DNA of 64,000 nucleotides from Aerobium aerolatum (GCA_040391705.1 JBEBXE010000001.1:239-64238), one strand, 5' to 3'; counted from the stretch's first letter, positions 19,637 to 30,032 are shown. Made by a program: numbers and translations. Notes: generated from the letters alone by a model not told the origin.

Positions 19637-21934
19637 TCAGTCGGACCGTGCGGCAAAGTCCGGCAGATCGAACGCGGAGACGCGCGGCACATCCCGGATC
19701 GGACCGCGCACCTCGACCAGACAGGTCTGCGCCACGCTGCCCTGCGCAAGGCTCGACGTTCCCCGGTCCAGCGTCAGCACATTGGGGTTGCCGTGCAGGT
19801 CCATGGCGGTGTCGGGATCGGGGTCGTACCAGGCGCCAGTGGCAAGGCGGGCCACGCCGGGCATGATGTCCGGGCTGAGGATCGCCCCGGCCAGGCACCG
19901 CCCGCGTTGATTGCCGAGTTCCACGACGTCGCCATCGCTGATGCCGCGCGCGGCCGCGTCCTGCGGGTTGAGATAGACCGGCTCGCGCCCCGCGACCTTG
20001 CCCTCAAGACTGTGGATGCCGGCATCGAGCTGGCTGTGCAGCCGCCGCTGCGGCTGATCGGACAGCAGATGCAGCCGTGTATCCCCCTCCCCGCACTGGC
20101 CCAGCCATTCGTCCGGCTCCAGCCACACCGCATGGCCCGGACAATCGTCGAGGCCAAAGCCGTCAATCGCCGCCGAGAAAATCTCGATGCGGCCCGACGG
20201 CGTCGACAGCGGGTGTGCTTCCGGGTCCCGGCGGAACTCTTCCAGCATCACCACCGGCCGGCTGTGATCGCCGAGATCGATCAGGTTGACGTCCCAGAAA
20301 TCCTTGAACGCCGGCAAGTCGACGCTGCGGCCGGCCATCCTGCCCCGGCTTTCCTCATAGAGCCGCTCGAGCCAGCCCATCGCGTCGAGACCTTCGGTGT
20401 AGTCCTGAACCGCGCCGAGCCGCGCGGCGATGCCGGCGAAAATGTCGTAATCGTCACGCGCCTCGCCCACGGCCGCCTTGACGCGCTTCATCGCGACCAG
20501 ATGCCCTTCGCGGGTCGAATAGCCGATATCGTCGCGCTCCATGCTGATCGTCGCCGGCAGCACGATGTCGGCCCGCTTGGCGGTCGCCGTCCAGTACTGC
20601 TCGTGGACCACGATCGTCTCGGGCTTTTCCCACGCCCGCGCCAGCCGGTTGAGGTCCTGATGGTGATGATAGGGGTTGCCGCCCGCCCAGTAGACCAGCC
20701 TGATATCCGGATAGGTGTGCACGCCGCCATCATAGGCAAAGCTGCCGCCCGGATCGAGCAGCATGTCGGTGATGCGCGCCACGGGTATGAAGGCGCTGAC
20801 CGGGTTCGACCCCTGATTCAAGGTCGGCCCAGGCAGCAGGCTTTCCGCGCTGCCAAGCGCGTTGGTCGCGCCATAGCCGAAACCGAAACCGCCACCCGGC
20901 AGGCCGATCTGCCCCAGCATCGCCGCCAGCGTCACCAGCATCCAGCACGGCTGCTCGCCATGCGACGCGCGCTGGAGCGACCATGCCATGTTGAGCATGG
21001 TGCGGGTGGCCGCCATGTCGCGGGCCAGCGCGGTGATGATGTCGGCCGGCACGCCGGTGATCTGTTCGGCCCAGCGTGGATCGCGCGCGACCCCGCCGTT
21101 GCTGCCCATCAGATAGGCCTCGAACCGCTCGAAGCCGACGCAATAGCGCTCAAGAAACGCGCGGTCGGCAAGCCCTTCGTCCACCAGCGTCCAGGCGATG
21201 GCCAGCATCAGCGCCGTGTCGGTGTTGGGACGCAGCCTGATCCATTCGACGCCCTCCGCCTCGAGATTGTCACCGACCGGGCCGATATTGACGATGCGCA
21301 CGCCCGCGTCGCCCAGCGCCTTCAGCCCGCCGCGGACACGGTGGCGCGCAATGCCGCCGGCCGAGATTTGCGCGTTCTTCCACGGCACGCCGCCGAAGGC
21401 GACGAAAAGACGGGTGTTTCCGGCCACCACATCCCACGAGGTGTGATTGGCCATCAGGCTTTCCATCGGCGCGATGATCCGCCCCATGATCACCCGCGCC
21501 GCGCCGAGGCTGTAGGAATTCAGATGACGGACATAGCCGCCGACGCTGTTGAGGAAGCGGTGCACCTGGCTCTGCGCGTGGTGGAACCGGCCGGCACTCG
21601 ACCAGCCATAGGAACCGCCGAAGATCGCTTCGTTGCCATGGTCCGAACGCACCCGCTTCAGTTCGGCGGCAACGAGATCGAGCGCCTCGTCCCATTCCAC
21701 CTCGACGAACGGATCTTTGCCCCGCAATTCGGGTGCTGCGCCGGGACCGTTTTCGAGCCAGCTCCGCCGCACCGCAGGCCGGCGCACGCGCAGGCCCTCC
21801 AGCCGGTCGCCATGCTGGTCGAGGCCGATCGGCGTCGGGTCAGGGTCGCCGGCAAAGTTCTCGACGTGAAGACCGCCGCTGGCGTCTTTCGCCACTTCGC
21901 GGATGCCCCAATGGGAGGACGTGTAGACTTTCAT
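19637..21934 (-). CDS. DMSO-reductase-family molybdoenzyme (BisC/TorZ-like S/N-oxide reductase), cytoplasmic
   Basis: TSSHWG, GSYGWSSAGRFH, NSYSLGAA (Ser ligand), YWAGGNP, RLHSQ, HGNPNVLTLD. No twin-arginine signal. Confidence 0.9.
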   Translation of the reverse strand: MKVYTSSHWGIREVAKDASGGLHVENFAGDPDPTPIGLDQHGDRLEGLRVRRPAVRRSWLENGPGAAPELRGKDPFVEVEWDEALDLVAAELKRVRSDHGNEAIFGGSYGWSSAGRFHHAQSQVHRFLNSVGGYVRHLNSYSLGAARVIMGRIIAPMESLMANHTSWDVVAGNTRLFVAFGGVPWKNAQISAGGIARHRVRGGLKALGDAGVRIVNIGPVGDNLEAEGVEWIRLRPNTDTALMLAIAWTLVDEGLADRAFLERYCVGFERFEAYLMGSNGGVARDPRWAEQITGVPADIITALARDMAATRTMLNMAWSLQRASHGEQPCWMLVTLAAMLGQIGLPGGGFGFGYGATNALGSAESLLPGPTLNQGSNPVSAFIPVARITDMLLDPGGSFAYDGGVHTYPDIRLVYWAGGNPYHHHQDLNRLARAWEKPETIVVHEQYWTATAKRADIVLPATISMERDDIGYSTREGHLVAMKRVKAAVGEARDDYDIFAGIAARLGAVQDYTEGLDAMGWLERLYEESRGRMAGRSVDLPAFKDFWDVNLIDLGDHSRPVVMLEEFRRDPEAHPLSTPSGRIEIFSAAIDGFGLDDCPGHAVWLEPDEWLGQCGEGDTRLHLLSDQPQRRLHSQLDAGIHSLEGKVAGREPVYLNPQDAAARGISDGDVVELGNQRGRCLAGAILSPDIMPGVARLATGAWYDPDPDTAMDLHGNPNVLTLDRGTSSLAQGSVAQTCLVEVRGPIRDVPRVSAFDLPDFAARSD

Positions 21935-21961
21935 GCCGGTCGATCTCCCGTTGAAGCGACG

Positions 21962-21996
21962 CTGCGGCTGGCGCGGATTTTTCACGCCAGCCGCAG
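21962..21996. terminator. Strong intercistronic hairpin (terminator-like or mRNA-stabilising)
   Basis: Perfect 12-bp stem CTGCGGCTGGCG/CGCCAGCCGCAG between the crotonase and the Mo-enzyme gene. No U-tract on the minus strand. Confidence 0.45.
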
Positions 21997-22029
21997 ATTG
22001 CTGGTCTTTCTACGCTGCGCGCAAAACGC

Positions 22030-22767
22030 TTATCGTCCCGTGAAGACCGGCTGGCGCTTTTCCTTGAACGCCGCCACGCCTTCCTTCAGATCGGTGCTGG
22101 TGCGGACCACGCCCAGATCGCGTGCAAACCGCGCCATCTTTTCCGACGGCGTCTGGGTCAATGTATGCTCGACGACGAAACGCTTCAGCGTCTTGAGGAC
22201 GAGCGGCGCCATCCCTTCGAGTTCCCGCGCCATCGTCAACGCCGCCTCGAGATGTTTGCCGTTCTCGACAACCTCGTTGACGAGCCCGACCTCATAGGCG
22301 CGGCGGCCCGAGACGGTGCGGCCCAGAAGCATGATCTCCATCGCGATCTTGTGGGGAATGCGCGCGGCGAGCGTTGCGATCATGCCGCCGGTCAGGCCGA
22401 CCTTGCCCTCGGGATAGGAGAAGCGGGTGTCTTCCGTCACGACGCACAGATCGGCCATCGCCGCCATCACCATGGCCCCGCCGATGCACCAGCCGCTGAT
22501 GGCGCAGATCACCGGCTTTTCCGTCAGGATGCCGACGGTCGGAATGCAGCGCCACAATTCCGGCATGTCGGTGATATCCGCGCCCGCCGAAAACGCCTTG
22601 TTGCCGGTGCTGGTAATGATCGCGACCGCCTGATCGGAGGCATCGAACTCCTCGAAGCGGCGCTGCAGCTCGCTGGCAACCTCCGCATTGATGGCGTTCA
22701 TCTTCTCCGGCCGGTTGATGGTGAAGATAGTCGTCTTGCCGTCGTTTCTCACTTCAAGCGCGGACAT
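22030..22767 (-). CDS. Enoyl-CoA hydratase/isomerase (crotonase) family protein
   Basis: INRPEKMNA, AFSAGADI, KPVICAISGWCIGG, FSYPEGKVG, AFKEKRQPVFTGR. Confidence 0.9.
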   Translation of the reverse strand: MSALEVRNDGKTTIFTINRPEKMNAINAEVASELQRRFEEFDASDQAVAIITSTGNKAFSAGADITDMPELWRCIPTVGILTEKPVICAISGWCIGGAMVMAAMADLCVVTEDTRFSYPEGKVGLTGGMIATLAARIPHKIAMEIMLLGRTVSGRRAYEVGLVNEVVENGKHLEAALTMARELEGMAPLVLKTLKRFVVEHTLTQTPSEKMARFARDLGVVRTSTDLKEGVAAFKEKRQPVFTGR

Positions 22768-22803
22768 GCATGGTCTCCCTGGATTTTTTTGATCGTTGCG
22801 TGG

Positions 22804-24939
22804 TCAGACAGGCGAAGCCAGCAAAAGCCGCCCGTCCACCGCCACGCATCCCTTGCCCGCCTCGGCAACCAGAAGCGGATTGATGTCGAGTTCGAGAAAG
22901 CGCGGGCCCATGTCATGGACCATCCAGCTCACCCGCGAGACGGCGTCGGCCGCCGCGTCGATGTCGAGCGGGCCGCTGCCCCTGAAGCCTTGCATCAGCT
23001 TGGCAATCTGGAGCTTTTCGATCATCGCGCGCGCCTGCTCAGGCGACACCGGCGCACGCGCGACCGATACGTCCTTGAGCAGTTCGACGAGAACGCCACC
23101 TGCCCCGACAATCACCATCGGGCCGAATTGCGCATCGTTGCGCGCGCCGATCAGCAGCTCCACCTTGCCGGTGCGCATTTCCTGAACGAGGTAGCCCTCG
23201 ATCTGTGCGTCCGGCCGGACCTTCGCAATCGACGCCTGCATCGCGGTGACGGCGGCAGCCACATCGCTGGGCGTCTCGAGATTGAGGACGACACCGCCGA
23301 CATCAGATTTGTGCACGATATCCGGCGACACGATCTTGACCACGAACGGGCCTTCGAGCCGGCTCGCCACCGCTTCGGCCTGCGCCGCGTCGGCAACGAC
23401 TTCGCCGCGATTGACCGGAATGCCGTGGCCGGCAAGGATCGCTTTGGTATCGGCTTCCCCGACGCCGCCGGAAAGCTCGGCTGCCAGTGCTACCTGCGGC
23501 ATATCTGCCGGGCGCACAGGCTCCGGGGCAGGAACGGTTTCCGCCAGCCTGCGCCATGCCGCGATCGCGCGGATCGCGTCGTCGAGGCTGTCGGTGTAGA
23601 GGCTGTTCTGCTCACGCAGGAAACTGCGCGCGCCATCTGCCGAACCGCCCTGCTGAAGCACGATGATATGCGGCTTCACGAAGCCCTCGGCCTTGGCCTC
23701 CTTCGTGCCCTCGTCGAATTTGCGGCACAACAGCTCGACATCCGGCGCAGTGGTCAGCGCCGACAGGATGAGATCGGCGTCCGGGTCCTTGATCACGGCC
23801 TTGATCGTTCCCGACCCGACCAGCATCGAACCGCCCGCCTTGGCCGTCCCCATGTCGATCGGGTTGGTCGCGGCGGCGTTTTCCGGATACAGCTCCGACA
23901 GCGCGTCGAAGGACTGGCGCGACAGCTGCGCCAGCGGAATGCCGCTATCGGTCAGCCGGTCAGCGGTGATCGCACCGCCGCCACCAGACGTGGTGACGAT
24001 GGCGACGTTGTTCGGGCGCGCGGCGGGGTAATGGCCCAAACCGGCTGCCAGCAGCACCATCGCGTCGACATCGTCCATGACGAGAACGCCGCAATCGCGA
24101 CAGGCAGCGGAGAACGCCTCATAGCTGCCGGCCAGGCTTGCCGTGTGCGAGAACGCAGCCGCAGCGCCGAATTCCGTCCGTCCGGCCTTGACCGCCAGCC
24201 ATGGCTTGCCGGCCGCATGGGCGCGACGGGCCGTCTCCATGAAGCGCGGCGCGTCCTTGATGCCCTCGATATAGGTGCAGATGATGCTCGTCCGCTCGTC
24301 GGCGATCAGGTAGTCGACGAAGTCGCACATATCCATGTCGGCCTGGTTGCCGATGGAGAAGCAGTGCGAGAAGCCGATGCCCCGCGCCAGCGCCCGGTCG
24401 AAGATCGTCGCCATCAGCGCGCCGCTCTGGCTGACCAGTCCGATCCCGCCCTGTGGCATGTGGTCGACGAAAAGCGCCGGCGAGGCACACAGCACCAGAT
24501 TGTTGGCGGGGCTGATGATGCCGAGGCAGTTCGGGCCGATGATGCGCATCCCCTTGGCGTTGGCCACCTCGACGATCTCACGTTCGAGGGCCGCCCCTTC
24601 CGGTCCGGCATCGGAGAATTTGGCGGTGATGACAATGGCGGCGCGGGTGCCGGCATCGGCGCAGGCTTGGACCGCGTCCTTCACCATCTCGCGCGGCACC
24701 GCCATCACCGCCATGTCTGGCGGGGTCGGCGCCGCGTCGATGGAAGGGTAGCATTTGATGCCGAGCAACTGGTCGCGCTTCGGATTGATCGGGTAGATCG
24801 CACCGGTGAAGCCGTGATGCACGAGGTTCTTGTAGATGCGTCCGCCAAACTTGGTCAGATCCTCGGAGGCTCCGATCACGGCGACGGAACGGGGCGCAAG
24901 CACCTCACCGGTCTTTTTGATTTCCGACATCGCATTCAT
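22804..24939 (-). CDS. ADP-forming acyl-CoA synthetase (fused CoA-binding + ATP-grasp)
   Basis: PRSVAVIGAS, GPNCLG, SQSGA, SHTASLAG (phospho-His), VHKSDVGGV, LDINPL. Confidence 0.92.
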   Translation of the reverse strand: MNAMSEIKKTGEVLAPRSVAVIGASEDLTKFGGRIYKNLVHHGFTGAIYPINPKRDQLLGIKCYPSIDAAPTPPDMAVMAVPREMVKDAVQACADAGTRAAIVITAKFSDAGPEGAALEREIVEVANAKGMRIIGPNCLGIISPANNLVLCASPALFVDHMPQGGIGLVSQSGALMATIFDRALARGIGFSHCFSIGNQADMDMCDFVDYLIADERTSIICTYIEGIKDAPRFMETARRAHAAGKPWLAVKAGRTEFGAAAAFSHTASLAGSYEAFSAACRDCGVLVMDDVDAMVLLAAGLGHYPAARPNNVAIVTTSGGGGAITADRLTDSGIPLAQLSRQSFDALSELYPENAAATNPIDMGTAKAGGSMLVGSGTIKAVIKDPDADLILSALTTAPDVELLCRKFDEGTKEAKAEGFVKPHIIVLQQGGSADGARSFLREQNSLYTDSLDDAIRAIAAWRRLAETVPAPEPVRPADMPQVALAAELSGGVGEADTKAILAGHGIPVNRGEVVADAAQAEAVASRLEGPFVVKIVSPDIVHKSDVGGVVLNLETPSDVAAAVTAMQASIAKVRPDAQIEGYLVQEMRTGKVELLIGARNDAQFGPMVIVGAGGVLVELLKDVSVARAPVSPEQARAMIEKLQIAKLMQGFRGSGPLDIDAAADAVSRVSWMVHDMGPRFLELDINPLLVAEAGKGCVAVDGRLLLASPV

Positions 24940-24954
24940 GTAGGTGGCCCTCCT

Positions 24955-25728
24955 CTAGGGCGCGCTCGGGGCTGTCGCCCTGTCCCGCGTCTGTTTTGCC
25001 TGCGCCATGGCGCGATAAGTGATGATCCTCTGGCCCAGGCCCGGACGTGCCGCCGAGCGCACGAGGGCCGCCAGATCGCTGTCGAGAACGGCCGCCGCAT
25101 CGCCAACGGCAAGCCGCAGCGCTGCAACGGTTTCCGCGTCCAGACGTGTCGCTTCCTGCATGGCTTGCGCCAATGCCTGATCGAGTTGCTCCGGCGCGAC
25201 GATCTCGGTCACGAGGCCAAGCGCATGTGCTTCCTGCGCGTCCAGCACCCGCCCGGAAGTGACCGCCGACAGCCCGGCATCGCGGCCGATGCGAACCGCC
25301 AGCCGGCGCGTGCCAAGCACGAGGCCAAAGGCTGCGCCGGGAAAGCTGAAGCTCGCATCGGGAAGCGCCAGCCTGATCGAGCAGGCGGCGAAAAGGTCCG
25401 CGCCCGCCCCGAAGGTGCGGCCCTTGGCGATCGCCAGCGTCGCAAACGGCGCGCTCCAGACGCGGGCAAGCAACTGCTCGATCCGCACGAACCGCGCCAG
25501 AAGGTCGCCGTCGCTGGCCTCCTCCAGTCCGGCAAGATCGAAGCCGGTGCAGAAATTACGGCCCGCGCCTTCGATGACCAGAAGCCGCGTACCGTTTCGC
25601 TCCGCCTCATCGAGCGCGCGGTGCAGCAGGTCGACGAGGTCATCCGACAGGCTGTTGCCACGATCCGGCCGCGACAGGACGAGCGTCCGCCGCCCGTCCC
25701 GGTCCGTGATGGCAAGCGGCGTGCTCAC
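24955..25728 (-). CDS. Crotonase-family protein lacking the canonical catalytic glutamates
   Basis: LSRPDRGNSL, FCTGFDL, GAGADL, FSFPGAAFG. GTG start overlaps the dioxygenase stop. Confidence 0.85.
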   Translation of the reverse strand: MSTPLAITDRDGRRTLVLSRPDRGNSLSDDLVDLLHRALDEAERNGTRLLVIEGAGRNFCTGFDLAGLEEASDGDLLARFVRIEQLLARVWSAPFATLAIAKGRTFGAGADLFAACSIRLALPDASFSFPGAAFGLVLGTRRLAVRIGRDAGLSAVTSGRVLDAQEAHALGLVTEIVAPEQLDQALAQAMQEATRLDAETVAALRLAVGDAAAVLDSDLAALVRSAARPGLGQRIITYRAMAQAKQTRDRATAPSAP

Positions 25729-26309
25729 GCCTGCGCGCCCCAGATGTTGGGAACGGTTGCGTTCGAATAGCCGGAGATGAACGACTTCATCCCGCCTTCG
25801 ACCGGAAACACGTTGCGTTCGATTGCGCCGATATCCCCGCCATAGACGTGGATGCTGATCGAGGCTTCGTTCTCCAGCGCGTTCCAGACCTTGTGGATGT
25901 CGCCGACATCGGGCGACACCATCACCACCTCACCCGGATTGAGACGCTCGGTCTCGCCGGCGATCGGCTTGCCGTCGCGCATCTCGTAGGCCTGCGAGAT
26001 TTCCGCGCCGCGCAGCATGCCGACAAGGCCCCATGTCGTATGATTGTGGATCGGCGTTTCCTGGCCCGGTCCCCAGACAAAGCTCACAACGCTGAAGCGC
26101 TGCTGCGCATCGCAATACAGCAGATGCTGCTGGTAGCGGTCGGGGTCGGCCTTGGCGGACGCTTCCGGCAGCCAGTCGTCATGGGCGATCAACGCTTCCA
26201 GATATTTCTTGCCGCGGCTGAGGATGGTTGCCTCGTCGCCGCCGGCTTCCTCGACCAGCTTGCTCATCTGGGCAAGAAAGGTCTGCAGCCTCTTGAGGTT
26301 CGCGCTCAT
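25725..26309 (-). CDS. Thiol dioxygenase, Gln-type (3-mercaptopropionate dioxygenase-like; CDO family)
   Basis: RYQQHLLY, RFSVVSFVWGPGQETPIHNH (H-x-H), DIHKV (third His), SIHVYG (Ser-His-Tyr). Confidence 0.88.
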   Translation of the reverse strand: MSANLKRLQTFLAQMSKLVEEAGGDEATILSRGKKYLEALIAHDDWLPEASAKADPDRYQQHLLYCDAQQRFSVVSFVWGPGQETPIHNHTTWGLVGMLRGAEISQAYEMRDGKPIAGETERLNPGEVVMVSPDVGDIHKVWNALENEASISIHVYGGDIGAIERNVFPVEGGMKSFISGYSNATVPNIWGAQA

Positions 26310-26381
26310 GTCAGTGTCTCCTTTATCGTGGACGTGCGCATCGGCCTGGTTCCGATCCTGCGCCCAATCCTCAAGTGAATA

Positions 26382-27548
26382 CTATTCGGCTGCCGCCGAA
26401 AGCGCCTCGACGATGCTGGCCCGGTGTTCGTCCAGCGCCGGCGGGCGCCGATAGATCGCTGGCATCTCGCCATTGATACGGATCGGGCTGCCGAAGGTCC
26501 GCGTCTTGATGCCGTTGGGCAGCTCGATGTCCTGAACCCAGCCCATGGCCGCGACCTGCGGATCGGCGAGCGCCTGGGAATAGCTGTTGATGCTGCTGCA
26601 GGGAACGCCTGCCTGGCGCAGTTTCTCCAGCGCACCCTCAACCGTGTCGCGGGCAAATTCACCGTTGAGGATCGCGGCCAGTTCCTTCTGATTGGTCGCC
26701 CGGTCGATGGTCGAGCGATATTTCGGGTCCTCGAACAAATCGAGGCGGCCCACCACTTCGCAGACGGAACGCCAGAGCCGGTCATTGCCTGCCGCCAGCA
26801 CGAAATTGCCATCGGAGGCGGTGAACGCCTGGTAGGGCGCATTGCGCGGATGCGCCGCGCCGAGCGCGCGCGGATCGCGCCCGCTGCCGAAATACTCACT
26901 CGTCTGCAACGCCCCGACCGCAAGGCTCGCGCCCAACATCGAGACGTCGATATGCCCGCCCTTGCCCCCCGAGCGCACGCGCGCCGTCAGCGCGCTGATG
27001 GCAAAGGCGCCATAGAGCCCGGTGGCGAAGTCCGAGATCGGGATGCCGCATTTCACCGGCAAGCCATCCGCCTCCCCGGTGACGCTCATGATCCCCGACA
27101 TTGCCTGCACCGTCAGGTCGAAACCACCTTCGGAGGCGCGCGGGCCTTCCTGGCCAAAGGCCGACAGCGAGCAGTAGATCAGCTGCGGCGAGCTTTGCGC
27201 AAAGCGCTCATAGCCCAGCCCCAGCCGCTGCATCGCGCCCGGACGGTTATTCTCGATGACGACATCGGCCTCCTCGATCAACCGTACGGCGATGGCCTTG
27301 TCGTCCGGGTTCTTCAGGTCGAGGGCGATCGAACGCTTGTTGCGGTTCAGCGAGGCGAAATTCTCGCTGAACCCGTCACTGTGCGGCGGCCATTGCCGCA
27401 GCGTATCGCCATCGGGCGACTCGACCTTGACCACATCCGCGCCCATGTCCGCCAACAGCATGGAGCAGTACGGGCCAGCCGCTACGTGGCAGAACTCGAT
27501 CACACGGATGCCGGTCAATGGCGCAGCGGCACTGGATATGTCTGACAA
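26382..27548 (-). CDS. CaiB/BaiF family III CoA-transferase
   Basis: LADMGADVVKVE, LNRNKRSIALDLK, ENNRPG, PISDFATG (catalytic Asp). TTG start after AGGAGAGG. Confidence 0.93.
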   Translation of the reverse strand: MSDISSAAAPLTGIRVIEFCHVAAGPYCSMLLADMGADVVKVESPDGDTLRQWPPHSDGFSENFASLNRNKRSIALDLKNPDDKAIAVRLIEEADVVIENNRPGAMQRLGLGYERFAQSSPQLIYCSLSAFGQEGPRASEGGFDLTVQAMSGIMSVTGEADGLPVKCGIPISDFATGLYGAFAISALTARVRSGGKGGHIDVSMLGASLAVGALQTSEYFGSGRDPRALGAAHPRNAPYQAFTASDGNFVLAAGNDRLWRSVCEVVGRLDLFEDPKYRSTIDRATNQKELAAILNGEFARDTVEGALEKLRQAGVPCSSINSYSQALADPQVAAMGWVQDIELPNGIKTRTFGSPIRINGEMPAIYRRPPALDEHRASIVEALSAAAE

Positions 27549-27671
27549 CGTCCTCTCCTGATCTTGTCCTTGCGGGGATCCGACCGCATGGTCCTGCCCC
27601 GGCTGCGGCGTCGCTTGGGCGGCCGCGCTCTCTTGTTCATGGTGCCGCCGTTTTCAGGCGGCGGGGGTCGA

Positions 27672-27696
27672 GCCCTTCACCGTTGCGATGAAGGGC
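27672..27696. other. Intercistronic stem-loop after the aminotransferase gene
   Basis: GCCCTTCA-N9-TGAAGGGC, no U-tract. Confidence 0.4.
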
Positions 27697-27712
27697 CCGT
27701 GATGTCAGGCGC

Positions 27713-29086
27713 TCAGGCCGGCTCGGCTTGTTTCACGACCTCGTCGAGCGCCTTTTCGACGCCGTCGAAGATCATGTCGATCTGCTGCTCGTTGATGATC
27801 AGCGGCGGGCAGAAGGCGATTGCTTCGCGCAGCGCGCGCACAATGACGCCATTCTCCATCGCCTTCGCCTGAACGGCCGGGCCGACGCCCAATTCAGGTG
27901 CGTATGGGGTTCGCGTCTGCTTGTCGCTGACCAACTCGATCGCCCCGATCAGGCCGACGCCCCGTGCTTCACCGACATTCGGACGCTCAGCCAGCGCATG
28001 CAGCCGCTGGAGGAAGCGCTTGGAGACCTGCTGGACATGGCCGACAATGTCGCGCTCTTCGTAAATCTTCAGCGTCTCCAGTGCGACCGCGGCACAGACA
28101 GGATGGCCGGAATAGGTCACGCCATGGGCGAAACCGCCGAGCTTGGTGCTCTGATCCATCATCGCCGCATAGATGTCGTCGCTGACGATCGTCGCCGAAA
28201 TCGGCAGGTAGGACGATGACAGCGCCTTGGCCACGGTCATGATGTCGGGCTTGATGTCATATGTCTCGCAGCCGAACATGTTGCCGGTGCGCCCGAAGCC
28301 GCAGATCACCTCGTCGGCGATGAACATAATGTCGTGCTTCTTCAGCAGCGCCTGGACCGCCGCATAATAGCCTTCCGGCGGCACGATCACGCCGCCCGAG
28401 CCGCAGACCGGCTCGGCAATGAAGGCGGCAACGGTTTCCGGCCCTTCCTTGAGGATGAGCTGCTCAAGATTTCCGACCAACCGCTTGGTGAAATCGGCCA
28501 CGCTCTCGCCCGGCTTGGCGCCATGATAGTAGCTCGGCGCATCCGTATGCAGGATGTTGGCGATCGGCAGGTCGAAATCGGCATGATTGGCCGGCAGGCC
28601 GGTCAGGCTGGCCGAAGCGATGGTCACGCCATGATAGCCGCGCCAGCGCGAGATGATCTTCTTCTTCTCGGGGCGGCCGCGTGCATTATTGAAGTACCAG
28701 ACCAGCTTGACCGCCTGGTCGTTGGCCTCCGAACCGGAATTGGCGAACAACACCTTGCCGAGCCCCTGCGGCACGATCGTCAGCAGCTTCTCGGCCAGTT
28801 CGATGGTCGGTTCCACCGAGCGGTGGTTGAACAGATGATAATAAGGCAGCTTTTCAAACTGGCGCATCGCGGCGTCGATCAGTCTGCGCTCGCTGAACCC
28901 CAGCGATGTCGACCACAGGCCGGACATGCCCTCGATATAGCGGCGGCCCTGATCGTCCTCGACAAAGACGCCGTCGCCGCGCGTCATGACGACGGGGCCG
29001 ACTTCGGGGTGGCGTGCCAGATTCGTATACGGATGAATCAGGCTGGCGACATCGTTCACGGAATTGGAGTTGCTGCGCGCGTTCAT
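27713..29086 (-). CDS. Class-III PLP aminotransferase (omega-amine type)
   Basis: SGSEAND, GYHG, FIAEPV, ADEVICGFGRTG, TVAKALSS (PLP lysine), HGVTYSGHP. Confidence 0.93.
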   Translation of the reverse strand: MNARSNSNSVNDVASLIHPYTNLARHPEVGPVVMTRGDGVFVEDDQGRRYIEGMSGLWSTSLGFSERRLIDAAMRQFEKLPYYHLFNHRSVEPTIELAEKLLTIVPQGLGKVLFANSGSEANDQAVKLVWYFNNARGRPEKKKIISRWRGYHGVTIASASLTGLPANHADFDLPIANILHTDAPSYYHGAKPGESVADFTKRLVGNLEQLILKEGPETVAAFIAEPVCGSGGVIVPPEGYYAAVQALLKKHDIMFIADEVICGFGRTGNMFGCETYDIKPDIMTVAKALSSSYLPISATIVSDDIYAAMMDQSTKLGGFAHGVTYSGHPVCAAVALETLKIYEERDIVGHVQQVSKRFLQRLHALAERPNVGEARGVGLIGAIELVSDKQTRTPYAPELGVGPAVQAKAMENGVIVRALREAIAFCPPLIINEQQIDMIFDGVEKALDEVVKQAEPA

Positions 29087-29163
29087 CGTCTCTTCCTCGT
29101 TCCCCGGCGGGCCGCCTGAATCAGCGGCAAGATTTTACTTCCATTCAGCCCTGCAAGATGATA

Positions 29164-29179
29164 GTTCCATTATTTGGAA
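29164..29179. promoter_or_regulatory. Candidate IclR operator, copy 1
   Basis: G-TTCCA-TTATT-TGGAA palindrome in the divergent aminotransferase/IclR spacer; near-identical copy at 30213-30229. Confidence 0.65.
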
Positions 29180-29279
29180 TACCATATTGAATAATGATAC
29201 AATGTGCACCGGGCAGAACCGTTGTCAACCCTCACGGTTTGCGAAATTCCGGACGCGCTGAAAAACGGAGAAGAGGCGA

Positions 29280-30032
29280 ATGGACAAAACCTTGTTGAAG
29301 GGTTTGCAGGTTCTCGAGCACATCGTCGGATCCGAAACCAATGTCCGGATCACTGACGTGGCTGCCGATCTGGGCCTGACCAAGAGCAACGCGCACCGCG
29401 TGCTCAAGACGCTCGAATTCGCGGGGTATCTGCAGCAGGACCCGAAATCGCGCGAATACACGACGAGCCTGAAGCTGTGGGAACTTGGGTCGGAAATCGT
29501 CAATCGGCTGGATATCCGGGTCCACGCTTCCGAGACCCTGCACAAGCTGGCGCAGGAAGCGCGCGAAGCGGTGCACCTGTCGATTCTGGACGATGATCAG
29601 GTCATCTATATCGACAAGATCGACAGTCCCGAGCCGATTGGCACCTATACGCGCATGGGTGGCCGCGCGCCTGCATATTGCGTCGCGACCGGCAAAGCGC
29701 TGCTTTGCCACCTGTCTGAGAAGGAATTGCAGCCGATTCTCACCCATCTCAAGGCATATTCGCGCAACACCATCGTCGAGCCGCAGGAGTTGCTGCGCGA
29801 ATTGGAGCTTTCGCGTGAGCGTGGCTACACGATCAACCGTGGCGAATGGCGCGAAAGCGTGTGGGGCATCGCCACGGCGATTCGCGGCCCATCCTCCCAG
29901 GTGGTTGCGGCGATCGGCGTTTCGGGGCCGGAATATCACCTGAACCAGGAAGGCCGCTGCGAGGCCCTGGCAGAGATGGTGATCCGCGCCGGCCGCGAGA
30001 TCTCGGCCAATATTGGTTACCGGGGCGCATAG
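29280..30032 (+). CDS. IclR-family transcriptional regulator
   Basis: HTH LGLTKSNAHRVLKTL, E-A-V-H-L, PAYCVATGKALL, GIATAI, AIGVSGP. Confidence 0.94.
   Translation: MDKTLLKGLQVLEHIVGSETNVRITDVAADLGLTKSNAHRVLKTLEFAGYLQQDPKSREYTTSLKLWELGSEIVNRLDIRVHASETLHKLAQEAREAVHLSILDDDQVIYIDKIDSPEPIGTYTRMGGRAPAYCVATGKALLCHLSEKELQPILTHLKAYSRNTIVEPQELLRELELSRERGYTINRGEWRESVWGIATAIRGPSSQVVAAIGVSGPEYHLNQEGRCEALAEMVIRAGREISANIGYRGA

Noticed and set aside
22165-25770. 1201-aa plus-strand ORF, and similar long ORFs at 19415-22297, 17641-19866, 40035-43013, 57133-59226
   Set aside because: Antisense shadows of well-supported genes, expected in high-GC DNA; no recognisable motifs.
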